64,000 nucleotides of DNA from the human T2T-CHM13v2.0 reference genome, Homo sapiens. Positions within the stretch are counted from its first letter, which is position 1. Every line of letters begins with the position of its first letter. A program made the translations under genes and the position numbers. The notes below the pieces were generated by a model. That model was given only the letters and a program-made list of their open reading frames with translations. It did no database searches and was not told the origin of the DNA. Below are positions 42,370 through 60,800 of this stretch, piece after piece. The DNA is taken from the NCBI RefSeq assembly GCF_009914755.1, contig NC_060944.1, one strand, 5' to 3'.

Positions 42370-43758
42370 ATTCATTTTATTATTATTATACTTTAAATTT
42401 TAGGGTACATTTCCCCAAATTGCAGGTTAGTTACATATGTATACATGTGCCATGTTGGTGTCCTGCATCCATTAACTCGTCACTTAGCATTAGGTTTATC
42501 TCCTAAAGTTATCGCTCACCTCTCTCCCCACCCCACAACAGTCCCCAGAGTGTAATGTTCCCCTTCCTGTGTCCATGTGTTCTCATTGTTCAATTCCCTC
42601 CTATAAGTGAGAATATGCTGTGTTTGGTTTTTTATTCTTGCGATAGTTTACTGAGGATGATGATTTCCAATTTCATCCATGTTCCTACAAAGGACATGAA
42701 CTCATCATTTTTTATGGCTGCATAGTATTCCACGGTGTATATGTGTCACATTTTCTTAATCCAGTCTATCATTGTTGGACATTTGGGTTGGTTCCAAGTC
42801 TTTCCTATTGTGCATAGTGCCGCAATAAACATACGTGTGCATGTGTCTTTATAGCAGGATGATTTATAGTCCTTTGGGTATATGCCCAGTAATGGGATGG
42901 CTGGGTCAAATGGTATTTCTTGTTCTAGATCCTTGAGGAATCGCCACACTGACTTCCACAATGGTTGAACTAGTTTACATTCCCACCAACAGTATAAAAG
43001 TATTCCTATTTCTCCACATCCTCTCCAGCACCTGTTGTTTCCTGACATTTTAATGATTGCCATTCTAACTGGTGTGAGATGGTATCTCATTGTGGTTTTG
43101 ATTTGCATTTCTCTGATAGCCAGTGATGGTGAGCATTTTTTCATGTGTTTTTTGGCTGCATGAATGTCTTCTTTTGAGAAGTGTCTGTTCATGTCCTTCG
43201 CCCACTTTTTGATAGGGTTATTTATTTTTTCTTCTAAATTTGTTTGAGTTCATTGTAGATTCTGAATATTATCCCTTTGTCAGATGAGTAAGTTGCCAAA
43301 ATTTTCTCCATTTTGTAGGTTGCCTGTTCATTCTGCTGGTAGTTTATTTTGCTGTGCAGAAGCTCTTTAGTTTAATTATATCCCATTTGTCAATTTTGGC
43401 TTTTGTTGCCATTGCTTTTGATGTTTTAGACATGAAGTCTTTGGCCATGCATATGTCCAGAATGGTAATGCCTACATTTTCTTCTATGGTTTTTATGGTT
43501 TTATGTCTAATGTTTAAAGCTTTAATCCATCTTGAATTAATTTTTGTATAAGGTGTAAGGAAGAGATCCAGTTTCAGCTTTCCACATATGGCTAGCCAGT
43601 TTTCCCAACACCATTAGTTGAATAGGAAATCCTGTCCCTATTTCTTGTTTTTCTCAGATTTATCAAAGAGCAGATAGTTATAGATATGTGGCATTATTTT
43701 TGAGGGCCCTATTCTGTTCCATTTTTCTATACCTCTGTTTTGGTATCAGTACCATGCT
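42370..43758 (-). mobile_element. 5'-truncated LINE-1 (L1PA, tentatively L1PA3/4-like), about 1.4 kb: ORF2 3' end, 3'UTR and decayed poly(A)
   Basis: TTATTATACTTTAAATTTTAGGGTACAT is the reverse complement of the L1PA 3' terminus. ORF 42746..43192 gives the ORF2 C-terminus ([10 protein letters not shown]…CWRGCGEIG…HCWW-like…TWNQPKCP). The 3'UTR reads GACGAGTTAATG…ACACCAACATG (GAG, not the L1HS-Ta ACA). Subfamily is inferred from remembered diagnostics. Confidence 0.95.
42590..43758 (-). pseudogene. L1 ORF2 C-terminal remnant, disrupted
   Basis: The ORF2 stop (…GGGAATTGA) lies at 42590-42592 on the minus strand. Only a 148-aa segment is open and it ends at a premature stop (…DWIKKM*). Confidence 0.9.
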
Positions 43759-50140
<6,382 letters not shown>

Positions 50141-50340
50141 ACAATGAGAACACATGGACACAGGAAGGGGAACATCACACTCTGGGGACTGTTGTGGGGA
50201 GGGGGGAGGGATAGAATTGGGATATATACCTAATGCTAGATGATGACTTAGTTGGTGCAGCGAACCAGCATGTCACATGTATACATATGTAGCTAACCTG
50301 AACATTGTGTACATGTACCCTAAAACTTAAAGTATAATAA

Positions 50341-50342
50341 TG

Positions 50343-50371
<29 letters not shown>
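50341..50371 (+). repeat. (TAAA)n microsatellite derived from the L1 poly(A) tail
   Basis: TGAATAAATAAATAAATAAATAAATAAATAA directly follows the L1 3' end. Confidence 0.9.
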
Positions 50372-50373
<2 letters not shown>

Positions 50374-53300
50374 CTATGAACATAAAAAAAGAAAGAAACC
50401 CAAACTGCTCTTTAAAAAAAAAAAACTAGACAGAAAAATTCTGAGAAACTTTGTTGTGATGTGTGCGTTCACCTCACCGAGTTCAACCTTTCTTTTGATT
50501 GAGCAGTTAGGAAACACTCTTTTTGTGTTTCTTCTGCAAGTGGACATTTGGAGCACTTTGTGGCCAATGGTAGAAAAGGAAATATCTTCACATAAAATTT
50601 AGACACAAGAAATCTGAGAAACTTCTTTGTAATATATGCATTCACATCACACAGTTAAACCTTTCTTTTGATAAAGCAGTTTTGAAACTCTCTTTTTGTA
50701 GAACCTGCAAGTGTACATTGGAGCGCTTTGAGTCCTATGGTGGAAAAGGTAATATCTTCAACATAAAAACTAGACTGAAGAATTCCGACAAACTTGTTTG
50801 TGATGTGTGTGTTCATTTCACAGAGTTGAACCTCTCTTTTGATGGAGCAGTTTGGAAACACTCTTAATGTAGAATCTTCAAGTGCACATTTGGAGAGCTC
50901 TGTGGCCTATGGTACAAAAGGAACTATTTTCACATGAAACCTAGACAGAAGCAGTCTCAGAAACTTCTTTGTGATGTGTGCATTCATCTCACACAGTTAA
51001 AACTTCCCTTTGATTGAGCAGTTTAGAAACTCTCTTTTGTGGAATCTGCAAGTGTACATTGGAAGTGCTTTCAGGCCCATGGTGGAAAAGGTAATATCTT
51101 CACATAAAAACCAGACAGAAGAATTCTGAGAAACTTCTTTGTGATATCTGCGTTCATCTCACAGATTTGAAACTTTCTTTTGATTGAGCAGTTTGGAATC
51201 ACTCTTTTTGTAGAATCTGCATGTGGACATTTGGAGCACTTTGCGGCCTATTGTAGAAAAGGTAATATGTTCACATAAATTCCAGACAGAAGCAATCTGA
51301 GAAACTACTTTGTGATGTGTGCATTCATGTCACACAGTTAAAATTTTCTTTTGATTGAGCAGTTTTGAAACTCTCTTTTTGTAGAATCTGCAAGTAGACA
51401 TTTGGAGCACTAGGTGGCCTATGGTGGAAAAGGAAATATCTTCCCATAAAAACTAGATAGAAGAATTCTGAGAAACTTCTTTGTGATGTGTGCGTTCATC
51501 TCATAGAGTTGAACCATACTTTTGATTGAGCAGTTTGGAAACCCTCTTTTTGTAGAATCTGCAAGTAGACATACGGAGCGCTATGCGGCCTATGGTAGAA
51601 AAGGAAATATCTTCACATAAAATCTAGACAGAAGCAATCTGAGGAACTTCTTTGTGATGGGTGTATTCATCTCACAGAGATAAAAATTTCTTTTGATTGA
51701 GAAGTTTTGAATATCTCTTTTGGTTGAATCTGCAAATGGACATTAGGAGTGCTTTGTGGCCAATGGTGGAAAAGGAAATATCTTCACATAAAAACTAGAC
51801 AGTAGAATTCGGAGAAACTTCTTTGTGATGTGTGTGTTCATTTCACAATGTTGTAATTTTCTTTAGATTGAGCAGTAAGGAAACACTCTTTTTGTAGAAT
51901 CTGCAAGTGGACATTTGGAGAACTTTGTGGCCTATGGCAGAAAAGGAAATATCTTCAAATAAAATCTAGACAGAAGCAATCTGAGAAACTTCTTTGTGAT
52001 GTGAGCATTCATCTCAAAGAGGTAAAGCTTTCTTTTGATTGAGAAGTTTTGAAACTCTCTTTTTGTAGAATATGCAAGTGGACATTTGGAGTGCTTAGAA
52101 GCCTATTGTGGAAAAGGAAATATCTTCACATAAAAACCAGGCAGAAGAATACTGAGAAACGCCTTTGTAATGTGAGCGTTCATCTCAGAGTTGAAACTTT
52201 CTTTTGGTTGAGCAGTTTGGAAACACTCTTTTTGTAGAATCTGCCAGTGGACATTTGGAGAGCTTTGCGGCCTATGGTAGAAAAGGAAATATCTTCACAT
52301 AAAATATAGACAGAAGCAATCAGAAACTTCTTTGTGACGTGTGTGTTCATCTCACAGAGATAAAAATTTCTTTTGATTGAGCAGTTTTGAATATCTCTTT
52401 TGGTTGAATCTGCAAATGGACATTAGGAGTGCTTTGTGGCCAATGGTGGAAAAGGAAATATCTTCACATAAAACGTATACAGAAGAAATTTCAGAAACTA
52501 CCTCGTGAGTTGTGCGTTCATCTTACAGAGTTGAAATTTTCTTTTGATTGAGCAGTATGGAAACATTCTTTTTGTAGTATCTGCAAGTGGACATTTGGAG
52601 CACTTTGTGGCCTATTGTAGAAAAGGAAATATCTTCATGTAAAATCTAGACAGAAGCCATCTGAGAAAGTTCTTTGTGATGTGGGCATTCATCTCACAGA
52701 GTTAAACTTTTTCTTTTGATAGTGCAGATTTGAAACTCACTTTTTGTAGAATGTGCAAGTAGACATTTGGATTACTTTGTGGCCCATGGTACAAAAGGAA
52801 ATATCTTCACATAAATACTAGACAGAAGCAACCTGAGAAACTTCTTTGTGATGTGTGCATTCATCTCACAGACTTAAACCTTTCTTTTGATAGAGCAGTT
52901 TTGAAACTCTCTTTTTGTAGGATCTGCAAGTGGACATTTGGAGTGCTTTTTGGCCTATGTAAGAAAAGGAAATATCTTCACATAAAATCTACACAGAAGC
53001 AACCTGAGAAACTTCTTTGTGATGTGTGTGTTCATCTCACAGAGTTGAAACTTTCTTTTGATTGAGAAGTTTGGAAACACTTTTTGTAGAATCTGCAAGT
53101 GGACATTTGGAGTGTTTTGTGGCCTATGGTAGAAAAGGAAATATCTTCACATAAAAAGTAGACAGAAGAATTCTGAGAAAGTTCTTTGTGATGTGTGCAT
53201 TCATCTAACAGAGTTGAAACTTTCTTTTGATTGATCAGTTTGGAAATACTCTTTTTGTAGAAACTGCAATTGGACATTGGGAGTGCTTTGTGGCCTATGG

Positions 53301-56232
53301 TAGGAAAGCAAGTATCTTCACATAACATCTAGACAGAAGCAATCAGAGAAACTTCTTTGTGATGTGTGCATTCATCTCACAGATGTAAAACTTTGTTTTG
53401 ATTGAGCAGTTTTCAAACTCCGTTTTTGTAGAATCTTCAAGTGGACATTTGTAGCGCTTTGAGGCCTATGGTGGAAAAGGAACATAAAAACTAGACAGAG
53501 AATTCTGAGAAAATTCTTGTGATGTGTGCATTCATCTCACAGAGTTGAACTTTTCTTTTGATAGAGCTATTTGGAAACACTCTTTTCGTAGAATCTGCAA
53601 GTGGATATTGGAGCACTTTGAGGCCTCTGGTAAAAAAGGAAATATCTTCACACAAAATCTAAACAGAAATAATCTGAGAAACTTCTCCATGATGTATGCA
53701 TTCATCTCACAGTGTTAAACCTTTCTTTTGATAGAGCTGTTTTGAAACTCTTTTTGTAGAATCTGCAAGTGGAGCACCTTGAGTCCTATGGTAGAAAAGG
53801 TAATATCTTCACATAAAAACTGGACAGAAAACTTCAGAATCACCTCTTTGTGATGTGTGCATACATCTCACAGAGTAGAACCTTACTTTTGATGGACCAG
53901 TTTTGAAATACTGTTTTTGTAGAATCTGCAAGTGGGCATTTCGAGCACCTTGAGGCCTATGGTCGAAAATGAAATATCTTCACATAAAAACTATACAGAA
54001 GAATTCTGAGAAACTTCTTTGTGATGCGTGCAGTCATCTCACAGAGTTGAACCTTTATTTTGATTGAGCAGTTTGGAATCACTCTTTTTGTACAATCTGC
54101 AAGTGGATATTTGGACCGCTTTGCGGCCTATGGTAGAAAAGGAAATATCTCCACATAAAATCTAGACAGAAGAAATCTGAAAAAAACTTCATTGTGATGT
54201 ATGCATTCATCTCACAGAGATAAACCTTTCTTTTGATAGAGCAGTTTTGAAAGTCTCTTTTTGTAGAATTTGGAATTGGAGCGCTTTGAGACCTATGGTG
54301 GAAAAGGTAATATCTTCATATAAAAACTAGATAGAAGAATTCTGACAAACTTCTTTGTGATGTGTGATTTAATCTCACAGAGTTGAACTTTTCTTTTGAT
54401 TGAGCAGTTTTGAAATATTCTTTTTGTAGTATCTGCAATTGGGCATTTCGAGCGCCTTGAGGCCTACGGTCGAAAATGAAATATCTTCACATAAAAACTA
54501 GACAGAAGAATTCTGAGAAACTTATTTGTGATGTGTGATTTAATCTCACAGAGTTGAAGCTTTCTTTTGATTGAGCAGTTTGGAAACACTCTTTTAGTAG
54601 AGTCTGCAAGTGGACATTTTGATCGCTTTGCAGCCCATGTTAGAAAAGAAAATATCTTCCCACGAAATCTAGACAGAAGGAATCTGAGAAACTTCTTTCT
54701 AATGTGTGCATTCATCTCACGGAGTTGAACCTTTCTTATGATTGAGAAGTTTTGAAACTCTCTTTTTGTAGAATCTGCAAGTGGACATTTGTAGCGTCTT
54801 GCGGCTTATGGTAGAAAAGGAAGTATCTTCACATAAAAACTAGACAGAAGATTTCTGAGAAACTTCTTTGTGATGTGTTCATTCATCTCACAGAGTTGAA
54901 TCTTACATTTAATTGAGCAGTTTTGAAACACTTTTTTTGTGGAATCTGAAAGTGGACATTTGGAAGGCTTTTTGGCCCATTTTAGGAAAGGGCATATCTT
55001 CACATAAAATGTAGACAAAAGCAGTCTGATAAACTTCTTTGTGATGTGTGCATTCATTTCACAGTGCTAAAACTTTCTTTTGACTGAGCAATTTGGAAAC
55101 ACTCATTTTGTAGAATCTGCAATTGTACATTTGGAACGCTTAGAGGCCTATGGTGGAAAATGAAATATTTTCACATTAAAACTAGACAGAAGAATTCTGA
55201 GAAACTTTTTTGTGATGCATGTGTTCATCTCACAGAGTTGAACTATTTTTGATTGAGCAGTTTGAAAACACTCTTTTTGTAGAGTCTGCAAGTTGACACT
55301 TGGAGTGCTTTGTGACCTATGTTAGAAAAGTAAATATCTTCACATAAAATCTAGACAGAAACAATCTGAGAAACTTCTTTGTGAAGTGTTCATTCATTTC
55401 ACAGAGGTGAACCTTTCTTTTGATTGAGCAGTTTTGCAACTACCTTTTTGTAGAATCTGCAAGTGGATATTTGGAGCTCTTTGAGGCCTACGGTGGAAAA
55501 GGAAATATCCTCACATAAAAACTAGACAGAAGAATTGTGAGAAACATCTCTGTGATGTGTTCGTTCATCTCACAAATTTGAACTTTTCTTTTGATTGAGC
55601 AGTTTGGAAATATTCTTTCTGTAGAATCTGCAAGTGGACATTTGGAGTGCTTTGCGGCTTATTTTAGAAAAGGAAATATCTTCCAATAAAATCTAGGCAG
55701 AAGCAATCTGAGAAACTTATTTGTGATGTCTGCATTCATGTCACAGAATTAAACCTTTCTTTTGATAGAGCAGTTTTGAAACTCTCTTTTTGTAGAATCT
55801 GCAAGTGGACATTTGGAGTGCTTTGAGGCCTATGGTGGAAAAGGAAATATCTTCACATAAAAACTAGACAGAAGAATTCTGACAAACATCTTTGTGATGT
55901 GTGCATTCATCTCACAAAGTAGAACAATTCTTTTTGATTGAGCAGTTTGGAAACACTGTTTTTGTGGAATCTGCAAGTGGACATTTGGAGTGCTTTGTGG
56001 CCTATGGAAGAAAAGGAAATATCTTCACATAAAATCTAGACAGAAGCAAACTGAGCAACTTTTTTATGATGTGTGCATTCATCTTACAGAGTTAAACCTT
56101 TCTTTTGATTAAGCAGTTTTGAAACTCTCTTTTTGTAGAATCTGCAAGTGGACATTTGAAGCGCTTTGAAGTCTATGGTGGAAAAAAAAATATGTTCATA
56201 TAAAAACCAGACAGAAAAGTTCTGACAAACGG

Positions 56233-56574
56233 CTTTGTGATGTATGTATTCATCCCACTGAGTTGAACCCTGCTTTGCATTCAGCAGTTTTGTAATACTC
56301 TTTTTGTGGAATCTGCAAGTGGACCTTTGAAGCGCTTTGAGGCCTTTGGTGGATAACAAAATATCTTCATATAATAACTAGACAGATGCATTCTGAGAAA
56401 CTACTTTGTGATGTGTGTATTCATCCCACTGAGTTGAACCCTACTTTGCATTCAGCAGTTTTGTAATACTCTTTTTGTGGAATCTGCAAGTGGACCTTTG
56501 AAGCGCTTTGAGGCCTTTGGTGGATAACAAAATATCTTCATATAATAACTAGACAGATGCATTCTGAGAAACTT
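56233..56574 (+). repeat. Recent tandem duplication of one 171-bp monomer
   Basis: 56233-56403 and 56404-56574 differ at only about 3 positions and share rare variants (CATCCCACTGAG, TTTGCATTCAGC, GGATAACAAAA, ATAATAACTAGACAGATGC). Confidence 0.93.
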
Positions 56575-56639
56575 CTTTGTGATGTGTGCATTCATCTCAG
56601 AGAACTGAAAGTTTCTTTTGATTGAGCAGTTTTGAAACA

Positions 56640-57830
56640 CTCTTTTTGTAGAATCTGCAAGTGGATATTTGAAGCAATTTGAAGCCTATTGTGGAAAAGG
56701 AAATATCTTCACATAAAAACTACGCAGAAGCATTCTGAGAACCTTCTTTGTCGTGAGTGCCTTCATCTGCCAGGGTTGATCCTTTCTTTTGATTGAGTAC
56801 TTTTGAAACACTGCTTTTGTGGGATCTACAAGTGGATACTGGGAGCGTTTTCAGGCTGACTGTGGAAAAGCAAATATCTTCACATAAAAACTACACAGAA
56901 GCATTCAGAGAAACTTCTTGGTGATGTGTGCATTCATCTCACAGAGTTGAAATTTTCTTTTGATTGAGCATTTTTGAAACACGCTTTCTGTAGAATCTGC
57001 AAGTGGATATTTGGAGTGATTTGAGGCCTATTGTGGAAAATGAAATATCTTCACATAAAAACTACACAGAAGCATTCTGAGAAACTTCTTTGTGATGTGT
57101 GCATTCAAATCACGGAGTTGAACCTGTATTTTGATTGAGAAGTTTTGAATCTCTCTTTTTGCAGAATCTACAAGTGGATATTTGGAGAGCTTTGAGGACT
57201 AATGTGGAAAAGGAAATATCTTCACATTAAAACTATACAGAAGCATTCTGAGCAACTTATTTGTGATGTGTGCATTCAACTCACGAAGTTGAACCTATCT
57301 TTTGATTGAACAGTTTTGAATCTCTCCATTTGTAGAATCTGCAAGTGGATATTTGGAGCGCTATGTGGCCTACAGTGGAAAAGAAAATATCTTCACATAA
57401 AAACTACACAGAAGCATTCTGAGGAATTCTTTGTGATGTGTGCATCCATCTGACAGAGTTGAACCTTTTTTTTGATTGAGCAGTTTTGAAACACTCTTTT
57501 TGTAGAATCTGCAAGAGGATATTTGCAACGATTTGAGGCCTATTGTGGAAAAGGAGATTTCTTCACATAAAAATTACTCAGAAGCAGGCTGAGAAACTTC
57601 TTTGTGATGTGAGCATTCAACTCACAGAGTTGAACCTATCTTCTGATTGAGCAGTTTTGAATGTCCCTTTTTGTAGAATCTGCAAGTGGATATTTGCAGC
57701 TCTTTTTGCCCTATGGTGGAATAGGAAATATCTTCAAATAAAACTACACAGAAATATTCATAGAAACTTCTTTGTGATGAGTGCATTCATCACATAGTGT
57801 TGAACATTTTTTTGATTGAGCAGTTTTGAA
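56640..57830 (+). repeat. Island of about 7 left-arm-type monomers inside the dimeric layer; boundaries approximate
   Basis: These monomers switch to GTGGATATTTG and AAAACTACACAGAAGCATTCTGAG and lose the dimer alternation. Confidence 0.8.
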
Positions 57831-60800
57831 ACACTCTTTTTGTAGATTCTGCAAGTGGTCATTTGGAGTGCTTTTAGGCCTCTGGTGGAAAAGGAAACAT
57901 CCTCACATAGAAACTAGAGAGAAGTATTCTGAGAAACTTATTTGTGATGTGTGTGTTCATCTCACTCAATTGAAGCTTTCTTTTGATTGAGCCGTTTGGA
58001 AACACTCTTTTTGTAGAATCTGCGGTTGGACATTTGTTGCACTTTGAGGCTTTCGGTAGAAAAGGAAATACCTTCATATAAAATCTAGAGAGAAGCAATC
58101 TGAGAAACTTCTTTGTGATGTGTGCATTCATCCCACAGTGTTAAACCTTTCTTTTGATGGAGCAGTTTTGAAACTTTATTTTTGTAGAATCTGCAAATGG
58201 ACATTTGGAGCAATTTGAGACCTAAGGTGGAAAAGGAAATATATTCACATAAAAACTAGACAGAAGAATTCTGTGACACTTGATCAGGACGTCTGGTTCA
58301 TCTTACAGAGTTGAATCTTTCTTTTGATTGAGCAGTTTGGAAACACTGTTTTTGTAGAATCTTCAAGTGGACATTCAGAGCGCTTTGTGTCCTATGGTAG
58401 AAAAGGAAATATCTTCATATAAAAAATATATAGAAGCATTCTGAGAAAGTTGTTTGTGATGTGTGCGTTCGTCTCACATATTTGAACCTTTCTTTGGATT
58501 GAGCACTTTAGAAACACCCTTTTTGTAGAATCTGCAGGTGAACATTTGGAGCGCTTTATGGCCTATGGTAGAAAAGGAAATATCTTCACATAAAATATAG
58601 ACAGAAGCAATCTGAGAAACTTCTTTGTGATGTGTGCATTCATCTGACAGAGTGAACCCTTTCTTTTGATTGAGCAGTCTTTTTGTACAATCTGCAAGTG
58701 GACATTTGGGACGCTTTTCTGCCTATGGTAAAAAAGGAAACATCTTCACTTAAAGTCTAGACAGAAGCAATCTGAGAAAATACTTTGTGCTATGTGCATT
58801 CATCTCACAGAGTTAAACCTATTTTTTGATAGGGCAGTTTTGAAACTCTCTTTTTGTAGAATGTGCAAGTGGACACTTGGAGCGGTTTGAAGCCTATGGT
58901 GGAGAAGGAAATATCTTCACATAAAAACTAGACAGAAGAATTCTGAGAAACTTCAGTGTGATGTGTGCATTCATCTCACAGAATTGAACCCTTCTTTTGA
59001 TTGAGCAGTTTGGAAACACTCTTTTTTGTAGAATCTGCAAGTGGACATTTGGAACGCTTTGCTTCCTCTGGTGGAAAAGGAAATATCTTCACCTAAAATG
59101 TAGACAGAAGCAATCTGAGAAACTTCTTTGTGATGTATGCATGCATCTTACAAAATTAAACCTTTATTTAATTGAGCAGTTTTGAATCTCTCTTTTTGTA
59201 GAGTCTGCAAGTGGACATTTGGAACGCTTTGAAGCCTATGGTGGAAAACAAAATATGTTTATATAAAAACCAGACAGAAGAATTTTGTGGATCTACATTG
59301 TGATGTGTGCATTCTTCTCACGGAGCTGAACTTTTCTTTTGATTGAGCAGTTTGGAAACACTCTTTTTGCAGAATCTGCAAGTGGCTATTTGGTGCACTT
59401 TGCTGCCTTTGGTAGAAAAAGAAATATCTTCACATAAAATCTAGACAGAAGCAATCTTAGAAACTTCTTAGTGATGTGTGCATTCATCTCACATAGTTTA
59501 ACCTTTCCTTTGATTGAACAGTTTGGAAAGACTCTTAGTAGAATCTGCAAGAGGACATTTCGTGCTCTCTGTGGACTATGGTAGACAAGGAAATATTGTC
59601 ACATAAAATCTAGACAGAAGCAATCTGAGAAACTTCTTTGTGATGTGAGCATTCATCTCACAGAGTTAAACCTTTGCTTTGATTGAGCACTTTTGAAACT
59701 CTCTTTTTGTAGAGTCTGCAAGTGGACATTTGGAGTGCTTTGAGGACAATGGTGGAAAAGGAAATATCTTCACATAAAAACTAGACAGAAGAACTCTGAG
59801 AAACATCTTTGTGTTGTGTGCGTTCATCTCACAGAAGTGAATGTTTCTTTTGATTGAGCAGTTTGGAAACACTCTTTTTGTAGAATCTGCAAGTGGTCAT
59901 TTGGAGGACTTTGTGGCCTAAGTTAGAAAAGGAAATATTTTCACATAAAATCTAGAAAGAAACAATCTGAGATACTTCTTTATGATGTGTGCATTCATCT
60001 CACAGAGTTAAAACATTCTTTTGTCGAGTAGTTTTGAAACCCTCCTTTAGTAGATGTTGCAAGTGGACATTTGGAGCACTTTGATGCCTATGGTGGAAAA
60101 GGAAATATCTTCACATAAATACTAGGTAGGAACATTCTGAAAAACTTCTTTGCCATGTGTTTTTTCATCTCCTAGAGTTGAACCTTTCTTTTGAAAGACG
60201 AGTTTTGAAATATGCTTTTTGTAGAACCTGCAAGTGGACATTTCAAGCGCCTTGAGCCCTATGGTGGAAAAGGAAATATTTTCACATGAAAACTAGACAG
60301 AAGAATTATGAGAAATTTATTTGTGAAGCATGCATTCATCTTACAGAATTGAACATTTCTTTTGATTAAGTAGTTTGGAAACACTCTTTTTGTAGAATCT
60401 GCAAGAGGGCATTTGGAGTGCTTTGCGGCCTATGGTAGAAAAGGAAATATCTTCACATAAAATCTAGACAGAAGCCATCTGAGAAACTTTTTTGTGATGT
60501 GTGCATTAATCTCACAGAGTTAACGCTTTCTTTTGATTGAACAGTTTTGCAAATCTCTTTTTGAAGAATCTGCAAGTGGATATTGGAGCGCTTTGCAGCC
60601 TATGGTAGAAAAGGAAATATCTTCACATAAAATCTAGACAGAAGTAATCTGAGAAACTTCTTTTTTATGGGTGCATTCATCTCACAGAGTTAACACTTCC
60701 TTTTGATTGAGCAGTTTTGAAACTCTCTTTTTGTAGAATCTGCAAGTGGACATTTGGAGCGCTTTGAGGCCTATGGTGGAAAATGAAATATCTTCACATT

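Noticed and set aside
42370-43758. First L1 as the recombination partner for the strand switch
   Set aside because: It keeps both TSD copies and same-strand, in-register satellite on both sides, so it has not recombined.
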